From IMG/VR virus record IMGVR_UViG_3300031954_001062, positions 1 to 25,182 of that record: 25,182 nt of DNA; one strand, given 5' to 3'. The notes below the pieces were generated by a model, which was not told where the DNA came from, made no database searches, and worked only from the letters and a program-made list of their open reading frames with translations. The first letter of the stretch is position 1. Every line of letters begins with the position of its first letter. The stretch comes from a virus (lineage: Duplodnaviria > Caudoviricetes). A program made the position numbers and the translations under genes. This document shows positions 1 through 8,398 of this stretch, piece by piece.

Positions 1-87
1 CCATGTTCCGAAACTCCAGCCGGCGCCGGCGAGAAACGCGTACACCAGCACCACTAGCGCTTGTAGGCCTGTGAAATGATCAGGCAT
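1..87 (-). CDS. Small membrane protein, partial (runs off window start)
   Basis: ATG at 87 after GGGGGTGGG; reads MPDHFTGLQALVVLVYAFLAGAGWSFGTW..., a hydrophobic helix. Not in the ORF track. Confidence 0.55.
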   Translation of the reverse strand, partial: MPDHFTGLQALVVLVYAFLAGAGWSFGTW

Positions 88-117
88 AACCCACCCCCGT
101 ACGAAATGTACGAAATG

Positions 118-1425
118 TCACCACCTGGCGAGGCGACCGTCTTTCAGATAGGCCTGGCCGTGTCCGAGGGTCATCGAGCCGAGCCACGCGGCTTTGTCCG
201 TGCGATTGAAGTCCACGTCCGCGGTTTTCGGCCGGCCGGCAACCGTGCGAGTTCCCGTTCGTCCGGTGCCGGCCGACGACGGCGATCGACGCCCCATGCC
301 TGGCGCCTGACCGCCGCCCAGGAGATTAAACTCGCGTACCAGTTTTTTCACCACGCCCGAGGCCTTGGCGCGCGCCGCGGTGACGATGAAGCGTACCGCG
401 CGATCGTGATTGCCGGCGTTCATCACCGACTTGTAGTTGTCGGCGTAGCCTTTCGCGGTGTTCACCTGGCTGGCGAGCTCCTCGTTGATGGCTTTCCGGA
501 GCCGGTTGCCCACGTTCACGCTGATCTTTTTGCCGGCCAGCTCAGAGCGCAGCAGCTGATTGATGTGCGCCATCATCTGGGTGTTGACGTCGTTGCGAAT
601 GCGCCCGTAGAACTCACGGGTGCGCTCGGTCTGTATCTCCTGGCGCTCGTTCTCGAGCTTGTCGCGTTCGCCCTTCAGTGGATCCGGCGCTTTGGCGCGC
701 GAGGCGAAGTTGCGCAGATCGAGCAGAAACTGCTTCAGCTCGCCAAAGTATTTGCCGATGTCTTCGAAGCGTTCGCCGGCGATCGCGGATTCGAGCGCGT
801 TGACGGTGGCCAGCACGCCGGTGCGATCGAGCGCCTTGTACATGGGCATGGCGAGCGCGCGATCGTGCGCCGCGAGATCGAGCGCTTCGAGCTTCTCGAG
901 TGCCGGCCCGACCAGCGCTTTGAAGCCGTCCGGATATTCTTTCGCCCAGGTTTCCACTAGCACCGGATCGCCTTGCTGGAAACCTTGCTCCATCATGCGG
1001 CTGGCTTCGACTTCTTCGGCCATCTCGGCGATGGCTTCCGGACCGCCATGGGTCTCGAGGAGCTCCGCGGCCGAGCGCAATTGCTGCAGGCCTCCGAGCT
1101 TGCCGAGCTGCGCCTGCTTGAACAGTGCGTCCGAGATTTGCCGCTCGAGTTGCGGATAGCGTTTCGCGAAGTCTGGATTGGCTTCGCTCAGCTCTCGGAT
1201 GGCTCTTCGGATTTGGGTGGGAAGAGCCCTGGCGGTTCGTTCGTCGCCTGGTCTTCGCTCACCTTCTCCTTCTTCGCCTTCGGAGCGCGCTTCACCGCTC
1301 TCCGAACCTTCCCCTTGGCCTTCGCCTTCGGTTTCTTCGCCACCTTCGCCACCTCCCAACTCTTCTTCTGCGGTGCCTGATCCACCGCCGTCATCTCCGA
1401 GCAGACCGAGTTCTTCGCCATCCAT
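118..1425 (-). CDS. Probable capsid scaffolding/assembly protein (435 aa)
   Basis: SD AGGAGG before ATG; acidic Gly/Glu-rich N-terminus, helical middle and basic C-terminal tail; directly downstream of the portal. Function inferred from synteny and composition. Confidence 0.55.
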   Translation of the reverse strand: MDGEELGLLGDDGGGSGTAEEELGGGEGGEETEGEGQGEGSESGEARSEGEEGEGERRPGDERTARALPTQIRRAIRELSEANPDFAKRYPQLERQISDALFKQAQLGKLGGLQQLRSAAELLETHGGPEAIAEMAEEVEASRMMEQGFQQGDPVLVETWAKEYPDGFKALVGPALEKLEALDLAAHDRALAMPMYKALDRTGVLATVNALESAIAGERFEDIGKYFGELKQFLLDLRNFASRAKAPDPLKGERDKLENERQEIQTERTREFYGRIRNDVNTQMMAHINQLLRSELAGKKISVNVGNRLRKAINEELASQVNTAKGYADNYKSVMNAGNHDRAVRFIVTAARAKASGVVKKLVREFNLLGGGQAPGMGRRSPSSAGTGRTGTRTVAGRPKTADVDFNRTDKAAWLGSMTLGHGQAYLKDGRLARW

Positions 1426-1457
1426 GTAGCCTCCTGATGTTCCTGATTACCTGATCT

Positions 1458-3947
1458 CTACTGCACCGGCGGTGCGCCGTTGGGCTTGGCCGGCGGCGCC
1501 GCAGCTCCTGGTGCTGCTGGCGGCGCGCCAGGCAGCATTGGTGGCGGCTCCGCGACGTCGCCGGGACCGAGGGTGATGCCGGCCTCTTTGGCCAGCTGGA
1601 TCTGGCCGGCCGGCGGCAGATCCTTGAAGTTCAGCGATTGCGACACCGGCTTCTGCGGTGTGGGCTGCGCTTGCGCTTGCTGCGCGGCGAGCGCGGCTTT
1701 GTGTTCCTGGTAATGCAGCTTCACATTCGCGAAGCCGTCTTTGTTCTGCTCCGCGGCTTTGATTCCCGCCGGCGTGTTGGCCCAGGTCTTGATCTCGGCC
1801 ATCTCATTGGCGTGGTCATCGAACTCTTCGTCGATCGGGATCGAGCTTACGAGCGGCGGAATCTTTGCCGCGGCCTCGGCGAGCTTCTGCTGCGCGAGGA
1901 GGATCTGTTCCGGCGGCGTGCCGGGCGGCGGCTGCAACTGGCTCATGCCCTGTTGCGCTTCTTGGATCTTCGGATTCGGCAGCGGTGCCGCCTCGAGCAG
2001 CAGCATGGTTTCGCCTTGCTGCTTGGCGGCCGCGGGAGCTCCAGGAATAATCAGTTCGGGCAGGCCGGTCTTGTCTTTGGCGATCGCCAGATTCCGCGGG
2101 ATGGCCAAGATCGCTTGCAGCACCGGATTGGTGGCCGCCGCGGTCATCAACTGCGTCCACACCGAGCGTTGCGCCACCCAACTCTCGGGGAAATTTTCGT
2201 CTGTGTCCGGATAGCAGCGGATGTTGCCCTTCAGATCTTCCGGATTGACGTTCAGCTTTTCTTTGACGCCGCCGGCGGCCGGCACTTCTCCGCTCATCGG
2301 CGAATTGCGGAACTTCGCAGCGCACTGCACCGCCTGGCGAATGATCTTGGCATAGCTGGCTTTGATATTGCGCCAGGTCAGGCCCACGCGGCCGAGCGCC
2401 TGGTCGCGTTGGATCTGCATGCCGCCCATGGTGTCCGGTTGGCCTTCTTGGCCTCCGAACAATGCCGGGAAGGCGCCGCACAGAAACTGCGAGAACTCTC
2501 CGAATAAGCTCTGGATATACAAGAGCAGGCCTTCGGCCAACTGGATCTGCGGCTCGACGAAGATATTGCCGGCGAGATCTTTGTCCGGCCGGCGTTTCAT
2601 TTTCACGTACTGATTCGGTTTGCTGTTCAGCTCCGAGAGCGCTTGCGCATCGATCGCTTCACTGTCCACCCACTTGATGGGGATCAGGTGCATGAAGCTC
2701 TCGTGCACCAGGTCCATGCAATCGTTCAGCTTTTCCTGTAGCGGGATCAGCGGCGATCCGAGTGCCGGGCGGTGCATGCCGTCGCCTGGCCGCGAATGCG
2801 TGAGCGTCAGGTGATCGTCCATTAGCTCGCGGCGCGCTTCGACGATGCAGTGCCCGACGATGCCGACGTAGCAGCCTTTCGGAAACGTGTCGTACAGCCA
2901 CTGGCGCTTCGGCTCATCCTCGATCTCGCGATAGAACGCCGGGCGGAACCAGCACAGCTGCTCGGTGCTCAAATAGGTCATCGCGTCGTTGGTCATGTTC
3001 GACGGACGCATGCCCATCATGATGGAGGTGCGCGCCAGGCGCGCGTATTCCATCTCCGCGGTGAGCGTTTGCATGGCTTTCAGCTCATCCGCTTTGCGCG
3101 GATACTTCGTCTTCATGCGCGTGAGATCGCGTTCGCGGCTGATGATTGCGAAGTCGCAGGCCTCGATGGAGTTCGCCTGCATGGAAAGTTTGCTCTCGAG
3201 CGACCCAAGCATCTCGATGACTTCCTGGCCGCGCGGTTTTCCGCGTGGAAAACTTTCCGTTTCTTCGCCGGCTTTTTCTCCCACCTGCGGCAGGTAGGCG
3301 AGCTCGTCGGAGATTTCCGATTGCGTTTCGTAGCCGAAGCGCTGCCCATCGATGACGTAGTGCGTGTATGCGAGGCAGCGGCCGTCGGTCCACAGGAAGC
3401 GGCACAGTTCTTCCTGCTGCACGATCATGTCGTTCTGCCGCTCGATCAGCTTGCGCGCGTTGTCGGAAGATTCCGACGCCGTGACGTCAGAGGGATTCGT
3501 CGGATCGTCAGGCTCAAATCGTACGGATGGTGTGCCGGCCGTCAGCGAAGCGACGATGGTATCGCCGAACGCCAAGTAGATATTGGTCTCTTGATTGTGA
3601 TCATCGTAAGACTGGCCGCCGACCAAGATAAGCTGCGGCAAGACCCACGCGCCGTTTTTTCCGGGCAGCAGATACTGATTGCCGCGCCAGAAGTAGCGCG
3701 CCTTCCACGCGTCACGAACTTCCATGCGATACGACGTGAGATCCCGCTGCGACGCTTTGTTCGCGAGCGTTTTGAGGATGCCCTCTTTGTCTTCGCGGCT
3801 GAAGCCGCTATCGTCTTCCTCATCGAGATCGACGCGATCCTCTTCGGTGACCGCATCAACTTCGCAAAGCTCGCCCGGTTCGAATTCCTCCTGTTCTTCC
3901 TCGTCGTCTTCCTCGCGCTCATCGCGATCGAGCGGTTCGTCAGCCAT
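1458..3947 (-). CDS. Probable phage portal protein (829 aa)
   Basis: Largest gene downstream of TerL; acidic N-terminus, helical core and Gln/Pro/Ala-rich C-terminal extension, as in long podovirus-type portals. Confidence 0.7.
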   Translation of the reverse strand: MADEPLDRDEREEDDEEEQEEFEPGELCEVDAVTEEDRVDLDEEDDSGFSREDKEGILKTLANKASQRDLTSYRMEVRDAWKARYFWRGNQYLLPGKNGAWVLPQLILVGGQSYDDHNQETNIYLAFGDTIVASLTAGTPSVRFEPDDPTNPSDVTASESSDNARKLIERQNDMIVQQEELCRFLWTDGRCLAYTHYVIDGQRFGYETQSEISDELAYLPQVGEKAGEETESFPRGKPRGQEVIEMLGSLESKLSMQANSIEACDFAIISRERDLTRMKTKYPRKADELKAMQTLTAEMEYARLARTSIMMGMRPSNMTNDAMTYLSTEQLCWFRPAFYREIEDEPKRQWLYDTFPKGCYVGIVGHCIVEARRELMDDHLTLTHSRPGDGMHRPALGSPLIPLQEKLNDCMDLVHESFMHLIPIKWVDSEAIDAQALSELNSKPNQYVKMKRRPDKDLAGNIFVEPQIQLAEGLLLYIQSLFGEFSQFLCGAFPALFGGQEGQPDTMGGMQIQRDQALGRVGLTWRNIKASYAKIIRQAVQCAAKFRNSPMSGEVPAAGGVKEKLNVNPEDLKGNIRCYPDTDENFPESWVAQRSVWTQLMTAAATNPVLQAILAIPRNLAIAKDKTGLPELIIPGAPAAAKQQGETMLLLEAAPLPNPKIQEAQQGMSQLQPPPGTPPEQILLAQQKLAEAAAKIPPLVSSIPIDEEFDDHANEMAEIKTWANTPAGIKAAEQNKDGFANVKLHYQEHKAALAAQQAQAQPTPQKPVSQSLNFKDLPPAGQIQLAKEAGITLGPGDVAEPPPMLPGAPPAAPGAAAPPAKPNGAPPVQ

Positions 3948-4131
3948 GCTTTGCGCTCATGAACGCCAGCGCCAGCCGTGCGCGGTGCCCAGTCTTTCCG
4001 GACGCATGCTTTTTCTTTTCCGCGTATGCACGTGTGGACATTCCTGCTCGTTGCGCCGCGGCTTTGAACACGCCCTTGGTGCCGCGGTGCGCGATGCCTT
4101 TGGAAACTTTTTGCATCCATCGTTCTGCCAC
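3940..4131 (-). CDS. Small basic phage protein (63 aa)
   Basis: SD AGGAGGTG then GTG at 4131 (MAERWMQK...GKTGHRARLALAFM); Lys/Arg/Ala-rich; overlaps the portal start by 8 nt. Confidence 0.7.
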   Translation of the reverse strand: MAERWMQKVSKGIAHRGTKGVFKAAAQRAGMSTRAYAEKKKHASGKTGHRARLALAFMSAKHG

Positions 4132-4148
4132 GGTAGGATTCACCTCCT

Positions 4149-4493
4149 ATGCGAGTGATCAGGGACTGGCATGGCAGGATTCTCCCCATCCACGGACACA
4201 CGCGAAAGCGCGTGATGTCTCCCACTTACCAAACTTGGCGCGGCATGATTCAACGCACGACGAATCCGAAGGCCGCGAACTTTCCGCGTTTCGGCGGCAA
4301 GGGCATCAAGGTTTGCGCTCGTTGGCGAAAATCTTTTCTTCACTTCCTCGAGGACATGGGCGATCGTCCACGCGGGATGACACTCGATCGCCGCGATACG
4401 CGTAAGAACTACTGCAAATCAAATTGCCGTTGGGCTACCCATCATCAGCAGATGCTCAATCGCAAGAATGTCGGGCGGCCGCGTAAGAGTTAG
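4149..4493 (+). CDS. HNH-family (homing) endonuclease, antisense to the late operon
   Basis: HGH..SPTYQTWRGMIQR..FGGKGIKVCARW..F..DMGDRPRGMTLDRRD..NY..SNCRWAT..QQ..N matches the common phage YGGRGIxVCxRW/TLDRIDN/NCRWAT HNH family. Confidence 0.85.
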   Translation: MRVIRDWHGRILPIHGHTRKRVMSPTYQTWRGMIQRTTNPKAANFPRFGGKGIKVCARWRKSFLHFLEDMGDRPRGMTLDRRDTRKNYCKSNCRWATHHQQMLNRKNVGRPRKS

Positions 4494-5118
4494 CCAGCCG
4501 GCCGCCGCTCTTGAAACTGCCGCGCCCGGCATACGCGCCGCCGAGGCCGGTGGGCAACGGAATCTTGCGATCGGGCACCACTGCTTCACCCTGGTGCAAT
4601 TGATATTCGCCGGCGCCAGCTGGTGCGCGAGTGGTGGTGGGCTCGGGCGCCTTCGATCGGTAGAAGCTCAACACGTGCGCGGGAATCACGGTCTCGCCGC
4701 CGTGCATCTTGTACACGCCGGTCTGCGGCACCAGTCCGCCCTCCTGGAATCCCTCGACGCGATGCAGCGGCGCATTCACGTTCGCTTGCATCGCAGCGAG
4801 ATACGGATTGTCACCGCCGCGGCCGCCGCCCAGGTGAATGCCTCCTTGCTTTGGCGCCTTCGGTGCTACCGTCGGCGTGAGGGCCGCGCCGACATCGCCG
4901 GCGGGAGACAAGCCGGGCGCTGCGCCTGCGGAAAATTCCGGCGCCGTCGATCCGCCTTCTTGCATCGAGCCTTTCGGATACGGAATGTGATGGCCTTCTT
5001 TGCGCGCCATGCCGATCTGGATAGCCGTAGCTTGCGCGGGATTTTTGACGATGGGACCGCCCGGTCCCGAGTGCAGTTTGTGTTCTCGGTACAGTTTCTG
5101 AACTTCAGATGCTGGCAT
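4456..5118 (-). CDS. Protein with a DUF6496-like N-terminus and repeated [MF]xxGG motifs (220 aa), probably virion-associated
   Basis: YREHKLHSGPGGPIVKNPAQATAIQIGMARK resembles the DUF6496 consensus; MQEGG, FQEGG and FKSGG motifs; two HxGExV[IV]P segments. Confidence 0.6.
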   Translation of the reverse strand: MPASEVQKLYREHKLHSGPGGPIVKNPAQATAIQIGMARKEGHHIPYPKGSMQEGGSTAPEFSAGAAPGLSPAGDVGAALTPTVAPKAPKQGGIHLGGGRGGDNPYLAAMQANVNAPLHRVEGFQEGGLVPQTGVYKMHGGETVIPAHVLSFYRSKAPEPTTTRAPAGAGEYQLHQGEAVVPDRKIPLPTGLGGAYAGRGSFKSGGRLANSYAAARHSCD

Positions 5119-5121
5119 TGT

Positions 5122-5583
5122 TTAGAGCAGTGCGTCCTTGATGCGGCGATCGCGCTGCCGCTTCACCTTGGCCTGATCGTTTTCGTTGTCGTCGAAATCG
5201 AGCGAGTCGTCCTGGGTCACGCTGGTCGGCGTGCCCACGCTCAGATTCACGATACGCCCGAGCACCGCGCCATCCGCTCCGGTAAACCACACCTCGTGCG
5301 CCGGCACGGCCGGATCATTTAACACCTGAAAAATCTGCGGCTGCAGGATGGTGTAGGGCACTAGCTGCGGATACAGGCGCGCATTCACGCGAGCGACAAA
5401 CGACTGCGGAAAGCGATTAAACCCGGCGCGAATCATGGCCTGGCTCAGCACCGCGCCGTTGGCGTTGATGTTTTCACCTGTGGACATGAATCGCTCCAGA
5501 CCGGAAAATTTCTCATCCGTTTCATCGCGCTGAATGTACAGCGTCAGCCCGCCATTGTGTTTGACGTATCTAGCGGTGCTCAT
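5122..5583 (-). CDS. Hypothetical protein (153 aa)
   Basis: ATG at 5583 overlaps the upstream stop (ATGA); reads MSTARYVKHNGG... Confidence 0.7.
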   Translation of the reverse strand: MSTARYVKHNGGLTLYIQRDETDEKFSGLERFMSTGENINANGAVLSQAMIRAGFNRFPQSFVARVNARLYPQLVPYTILQPQIFQVLNDPAVPAHEVWFTGADGAVLGRIVNLSVGTPTSVTQDDSLDFDDNENDQAKVKRQRDRRIKDALL

Positions 5584-5954
5584 CGTTCGAACTCGTTGCA
5601 GCAACCTTGCTGTTCGACCAGGCCTTCGACTTCTTCGCACGGCGACAGCGGATCGCGCGGATGGGCCATGTGTTTACAGCTCATGCAGTGGGTGTCGCCT
5701 TGGTCGGTGTAGCCGGCTTCGCCTTTGCTGATTTTGGTGATGCGCCAGGTATGCTCCAGACGAGTTGGATGCGGAACACCGTTGACGTACAGTCCACAGA
5801 CACCTCCAGCGGCGATGTCTCCAGTAACCTCCAAACACTCGCCCGTATTGCGAACGAATTTCCAGCACGCCCCGCAGCGTGCGCCGCCGGCGCGATGGAT
5901 CGATGCAGGTTTGAAGTAGAGAACCGCGGCTTTGGAATCTTTGTGCTCACTCAT
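5580..5954 (-). CDS. Tandem HiPIP-like (high-potential [4Fe-4S]) domain protein (124 aa)
   Basis: Two repeats of KxSKxxxxY...CxxC-x9/12-C-x6-[IV]-x3-G-x-C-x2-[YF]; ATG at 5954 overlaps the upstream stop (TGATG). Confidence 0.7.
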   Translation of the reverse strand: MSEHKDSKAAVLYFKPASIHRAGGARCGACWKFVRNTGECLEVTGDIAAGGVCGLYVNGVPHPTRLEHTWRITKISKGEAGYTDQGDTHCMSCKHMAHPRDPLSPCEEVEGLVEQQGCCNEFER

Positions 5955-6157
5955 CAGTGCCATTCGCAGGTGATCGTCGGCAAGATCAGCAGATGCCCGA
6001 CGACCAGGTGCTCGAAAACTTTCTGCAGCATCAACATGTGCTCCTCCGGAAGAACAAACACGGCCTCCCATCCGCATTCACACTTACTCGTCAGCACACC
6101 GGCCACGGCCGGCGAAAGCGTGATGCGGTGCAGGTTGGTCCACTCCGGAGGAGCCAA
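5954..6157 (-). CDS. Small putative Zn-binding protein (CxC...HxxxxH, 67 aa)
   Basis: SD GAGGTG then TTG; motif KCECGW...FEHLVVGH. Confidence 0.6.
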   Translation of the reverse strand: MAPPEWTNLHRITLSPAVAGVLTSKCECGWEAVFVLPEEHMLMLQKVFEHLVVGHLLILPTITCEWH

Positions 6158-6161
6158 AGGA

Positions 6162-6599
6162 TCACCTCATCAAGCCGATGTCTGATCCGCCCATCCCGCC
6201 GCGATCTTCGGCGCCACCGGCTTCGCCGGCGACTTCGTAATCGTCCTTGCCCATATCGCCGAGGTGCTCGGTGTCTTCCATGGCGTGCGCGCCGTGCGCG
6301 TGCGCTTCTTCGAGCGAACCGTGATCGGCGTGATGCACGTGGCCGTCCTCGTGGTGGGTCACGGAGTGATAGCCGTCGGGCGTCTTGTGCACGTGATGGC
6401 TGTGCGCCGGCCCGTGTTCCGCGACCACCTGCTTGATTTCGTCGTGGCCGCCCATCTCATGCACGCCGCCGGATTCGCCTCCGGTGGGCTTGGGTTTCTT
6501 CTGGCCTTTCGCCGGCTTCTTGCCTTTGGCCTCGTTGTAGCGATCGACCATCTGGCGATTGCCGCTCATTTTTCCGTCGAAGCTGTCAGCTCCCCGCAT
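6162..6599 (-). CDS. Histidine-rich protein (145 aa)
   Basis: SD GAGGAGG then ATG; 18 His in a ~67-aa central segment, flanked by Lys-rich and Gly/acidic regions. Confidence 0.8.
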   Translation of the reverse strand: MRGADSFDGKMSGNRQMVDRYNEAKGKKPAKGQKKPKPTGGESGGVHEMGGHDEIKQVVAEHGPAHSHHVHKTPDGYHSVTHHEDGHVHHADHGSLEEAHAHGAHAMEDTEHLGDMGKDDYEVAGEAGGAEDRGGMGGSDIGLMR

Positions 6600-6894
6600 T
6601 GGTGTCCTCCTCGAGATTGATGTTCAGCTGGCCGGCCTCCACCGCTTTCACCTGGTCGGCTTCGCTCAGGTTGGCCCACTTCCGTTGCACTTCGCGCCAC
6701 GGCAAACGTGTGCCGGTGGTCAGTTTCTCGAGCGCACCGCCAACGTTCGGACGCTGGTCCGTGCGCGTCACGTATTCGTGCTGCGCCGGCGCCTGCGCCT
6801 GGCTCATGATGGCGAGCTCGAGTCGCTCACACTTGCCTTGCAGGAATTCCAGATCCTTGCGCTGCTGTCCCACGATGCGCTCGAGAAGCCGCAA
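6586..6894 (-). CDS. Hypothetical coiled-coil protein (~102 aa; start uncertain)
   Basis: Protein-like C-terminal part of ORF 6586..7059; the first start codon after the TerL stop is TTG at 6894, with no clear SD. Confidence 0.55.
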   Translation of the reverse strand: MRLLERIVGQQRKDLEFLQGKCERLELAIMSQAQAPAQHEYVTRTDQRPNVGGALEKLTTGTRLPWREVQRKWANLSEADQVKAVEAGQLNINLEEDTNAGS

Positions 6895-6901
6895 CGCGCG
6901 T

Positions 6902-8398
6902 TCAACGCCGGCGCCGCCGATCGATGGTGAAGATCGCGTCCGAGTGCTGCGCTTTGGCCTGCAGCTCGAGGTAGCGGATGTACTTCTGGCTGTTCGAGGA
7001 GATTTTTTGAATCTCCCGCTGGTAGCGGACCTCGGCGGGAATTTCTTCGGCGTTGGCATAGCTCATCAGACCGTAGCGGAACGATTCGCAGACGTCGAGA
7101 TAAAGTTCGTTGCCTTCTTTCGCGGCGTCTTCGATGTTCTTCTCATCGCGCATTAACTTCGGGATGGAGTCGATCACATCCGGACAGTTGTCGAGTACCG
7201 CGACACCGTCAGTGTCCAGGAGGGTGTAGCAGAGGCGCCAGCCGTCCACACGACGGTTGTTGGCCCGCTCCGGACGAGGTAGCTGCTGTTCGACGAACAC
7301 ATCACCCATCTTGTCGGCGATGCTGTGGAACTGATCGATCTTGCTGAATCGGTCAGGGGAAAGATATATATAGCTGACATGATCCGGCTTTTCTCCGGTG
7401 TGATTCGCCCCGCAGATCTTTTCCGCCACGAGCTGTTCGTTCATTTGCCGCAGTACAAGCTGGCGATAGCAGAGGATCACCGTGCGTCGAGCTTCGCGAT
7501 CGAGTTCCGTCCGGAGTCGTACGCGGGTCCACCACAGCACCACCGTCGCGTGTTCAAAGCCCCAGTCAATCGACATCCACCGCGGCTGCCAATCCTCGAA
7601 GCAAACCTGCTCGAAGCGGACTACGTGGCGCGCGGGATCCCAGTTCTGAAAGAATTGCCCGGCGAGAATATCCCACGAGCCGGGGATCCAGGCCTGCCGC
7701 AGGATGGGATCGACGATGGACTCGAGCGTCGCGATGTAGTTCTTGTCATTGCGATAGACGAAATTGTCCGCGTAGGTCGAGTGCACCGCCTGATAGTCGC
7801 TTGGATCGTAATTGAGAGCCATCTCGCCGACTGGCTTTTTCGTGATCCACAGTGCTTTGACCCACCCGCTGCCTTTGCCGTTCGGGTTGGTGCCGCCAGC
7901 CATGCGCGGCCGCACCGCGTACTCGCGGTTTTCAAACCAATAGGTTTTAATCGGGCAGCGGTTCGACCCTTTGAGGAAGTCCCACTGGCGATATGTGAAC
8001 TGTGTGAGTTCTTCCCAACCGATGAACACGAACTCCGCGCCCTGGTACTGCAAGAGATCGGCATCGTTCTTGATGTGGCCGAAAAAGAGTTTCGAGCCGT
8101 TGTGGAACGTGACGATGTGGCGGCTGGCGTTGTAGCGCCAATAGAAGTGCCGCGGGACCGTCTTCGTGAAGAGATCCTCGATCCCGCCTTTCTCCATCGA
8201 TGTAAGCGTCCGCCGTACGAGTAGGCAGTTCGCGCCAGGGATCAGCAAACACTGCCCGATCGCTTCCCACAGCAAGCTCGTCGACTTGCCGCCGCCGCGG
8301 CCGCCTTCAAACAGCGGATACTTCGAGTCGCTTTCGTGGAACTCGCGCTGCTTCGGTTGCGGCGTGTAGTAGCGCGAGATGTCACTGAATTGGGACAT
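6902..8398 (-). CDS. terL: Phage terminase large subunit (498 aa)
   Basis: Adenine-binding PQPKQ, Walker A GGRGGGKS, Walker B FIGWEE, coupling motif GTNP, RNase H-like nuclease motif SIDWG. Confidence 0.95.
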   Translation of the reverse strand: MSQFSDISRYYTPQPKQREFHESDSKYPLFEGGRGGGKSTSLLWEAIGQCLLIPGANCLLVRRTLTSMEKGGIEDLFTKTVPRHFYWRYNASRHIVTFHNGSKLFFGHIKNDADLLQYQGAEFVFIGWEELTQFTYRQWDFLKGSNRCPIKTYWFENREYAVRPRMAGGTNPNGKGSGWVKALWITKKPVGEMALNYDPSDYQAVHSTYADNFVYRNDKNYIATLESIVDPILRQAWIPGSWDILAGQFFQNWDPARHVVRFEQVCFEDWQPRWMSIDWGFEHATVVLWWTRVRLRTELDREARRTVILCYRQLVLRQMNEQLVAEKICGANHTGEKPDHVSYIYLSPDRFSKIDQFHSIADKMGDVFVEQQLPRPERANNRRVDGWRLCYTLLDTDGVAVLDNCPDVIDSIPKLMRDEKNIEDAAKEGNELYLDVCESFRYGLMSYANAEEIPAEVRYQREIQKISSNSQKYIRYLELQAKAQHSDAIFTIDRRRRR

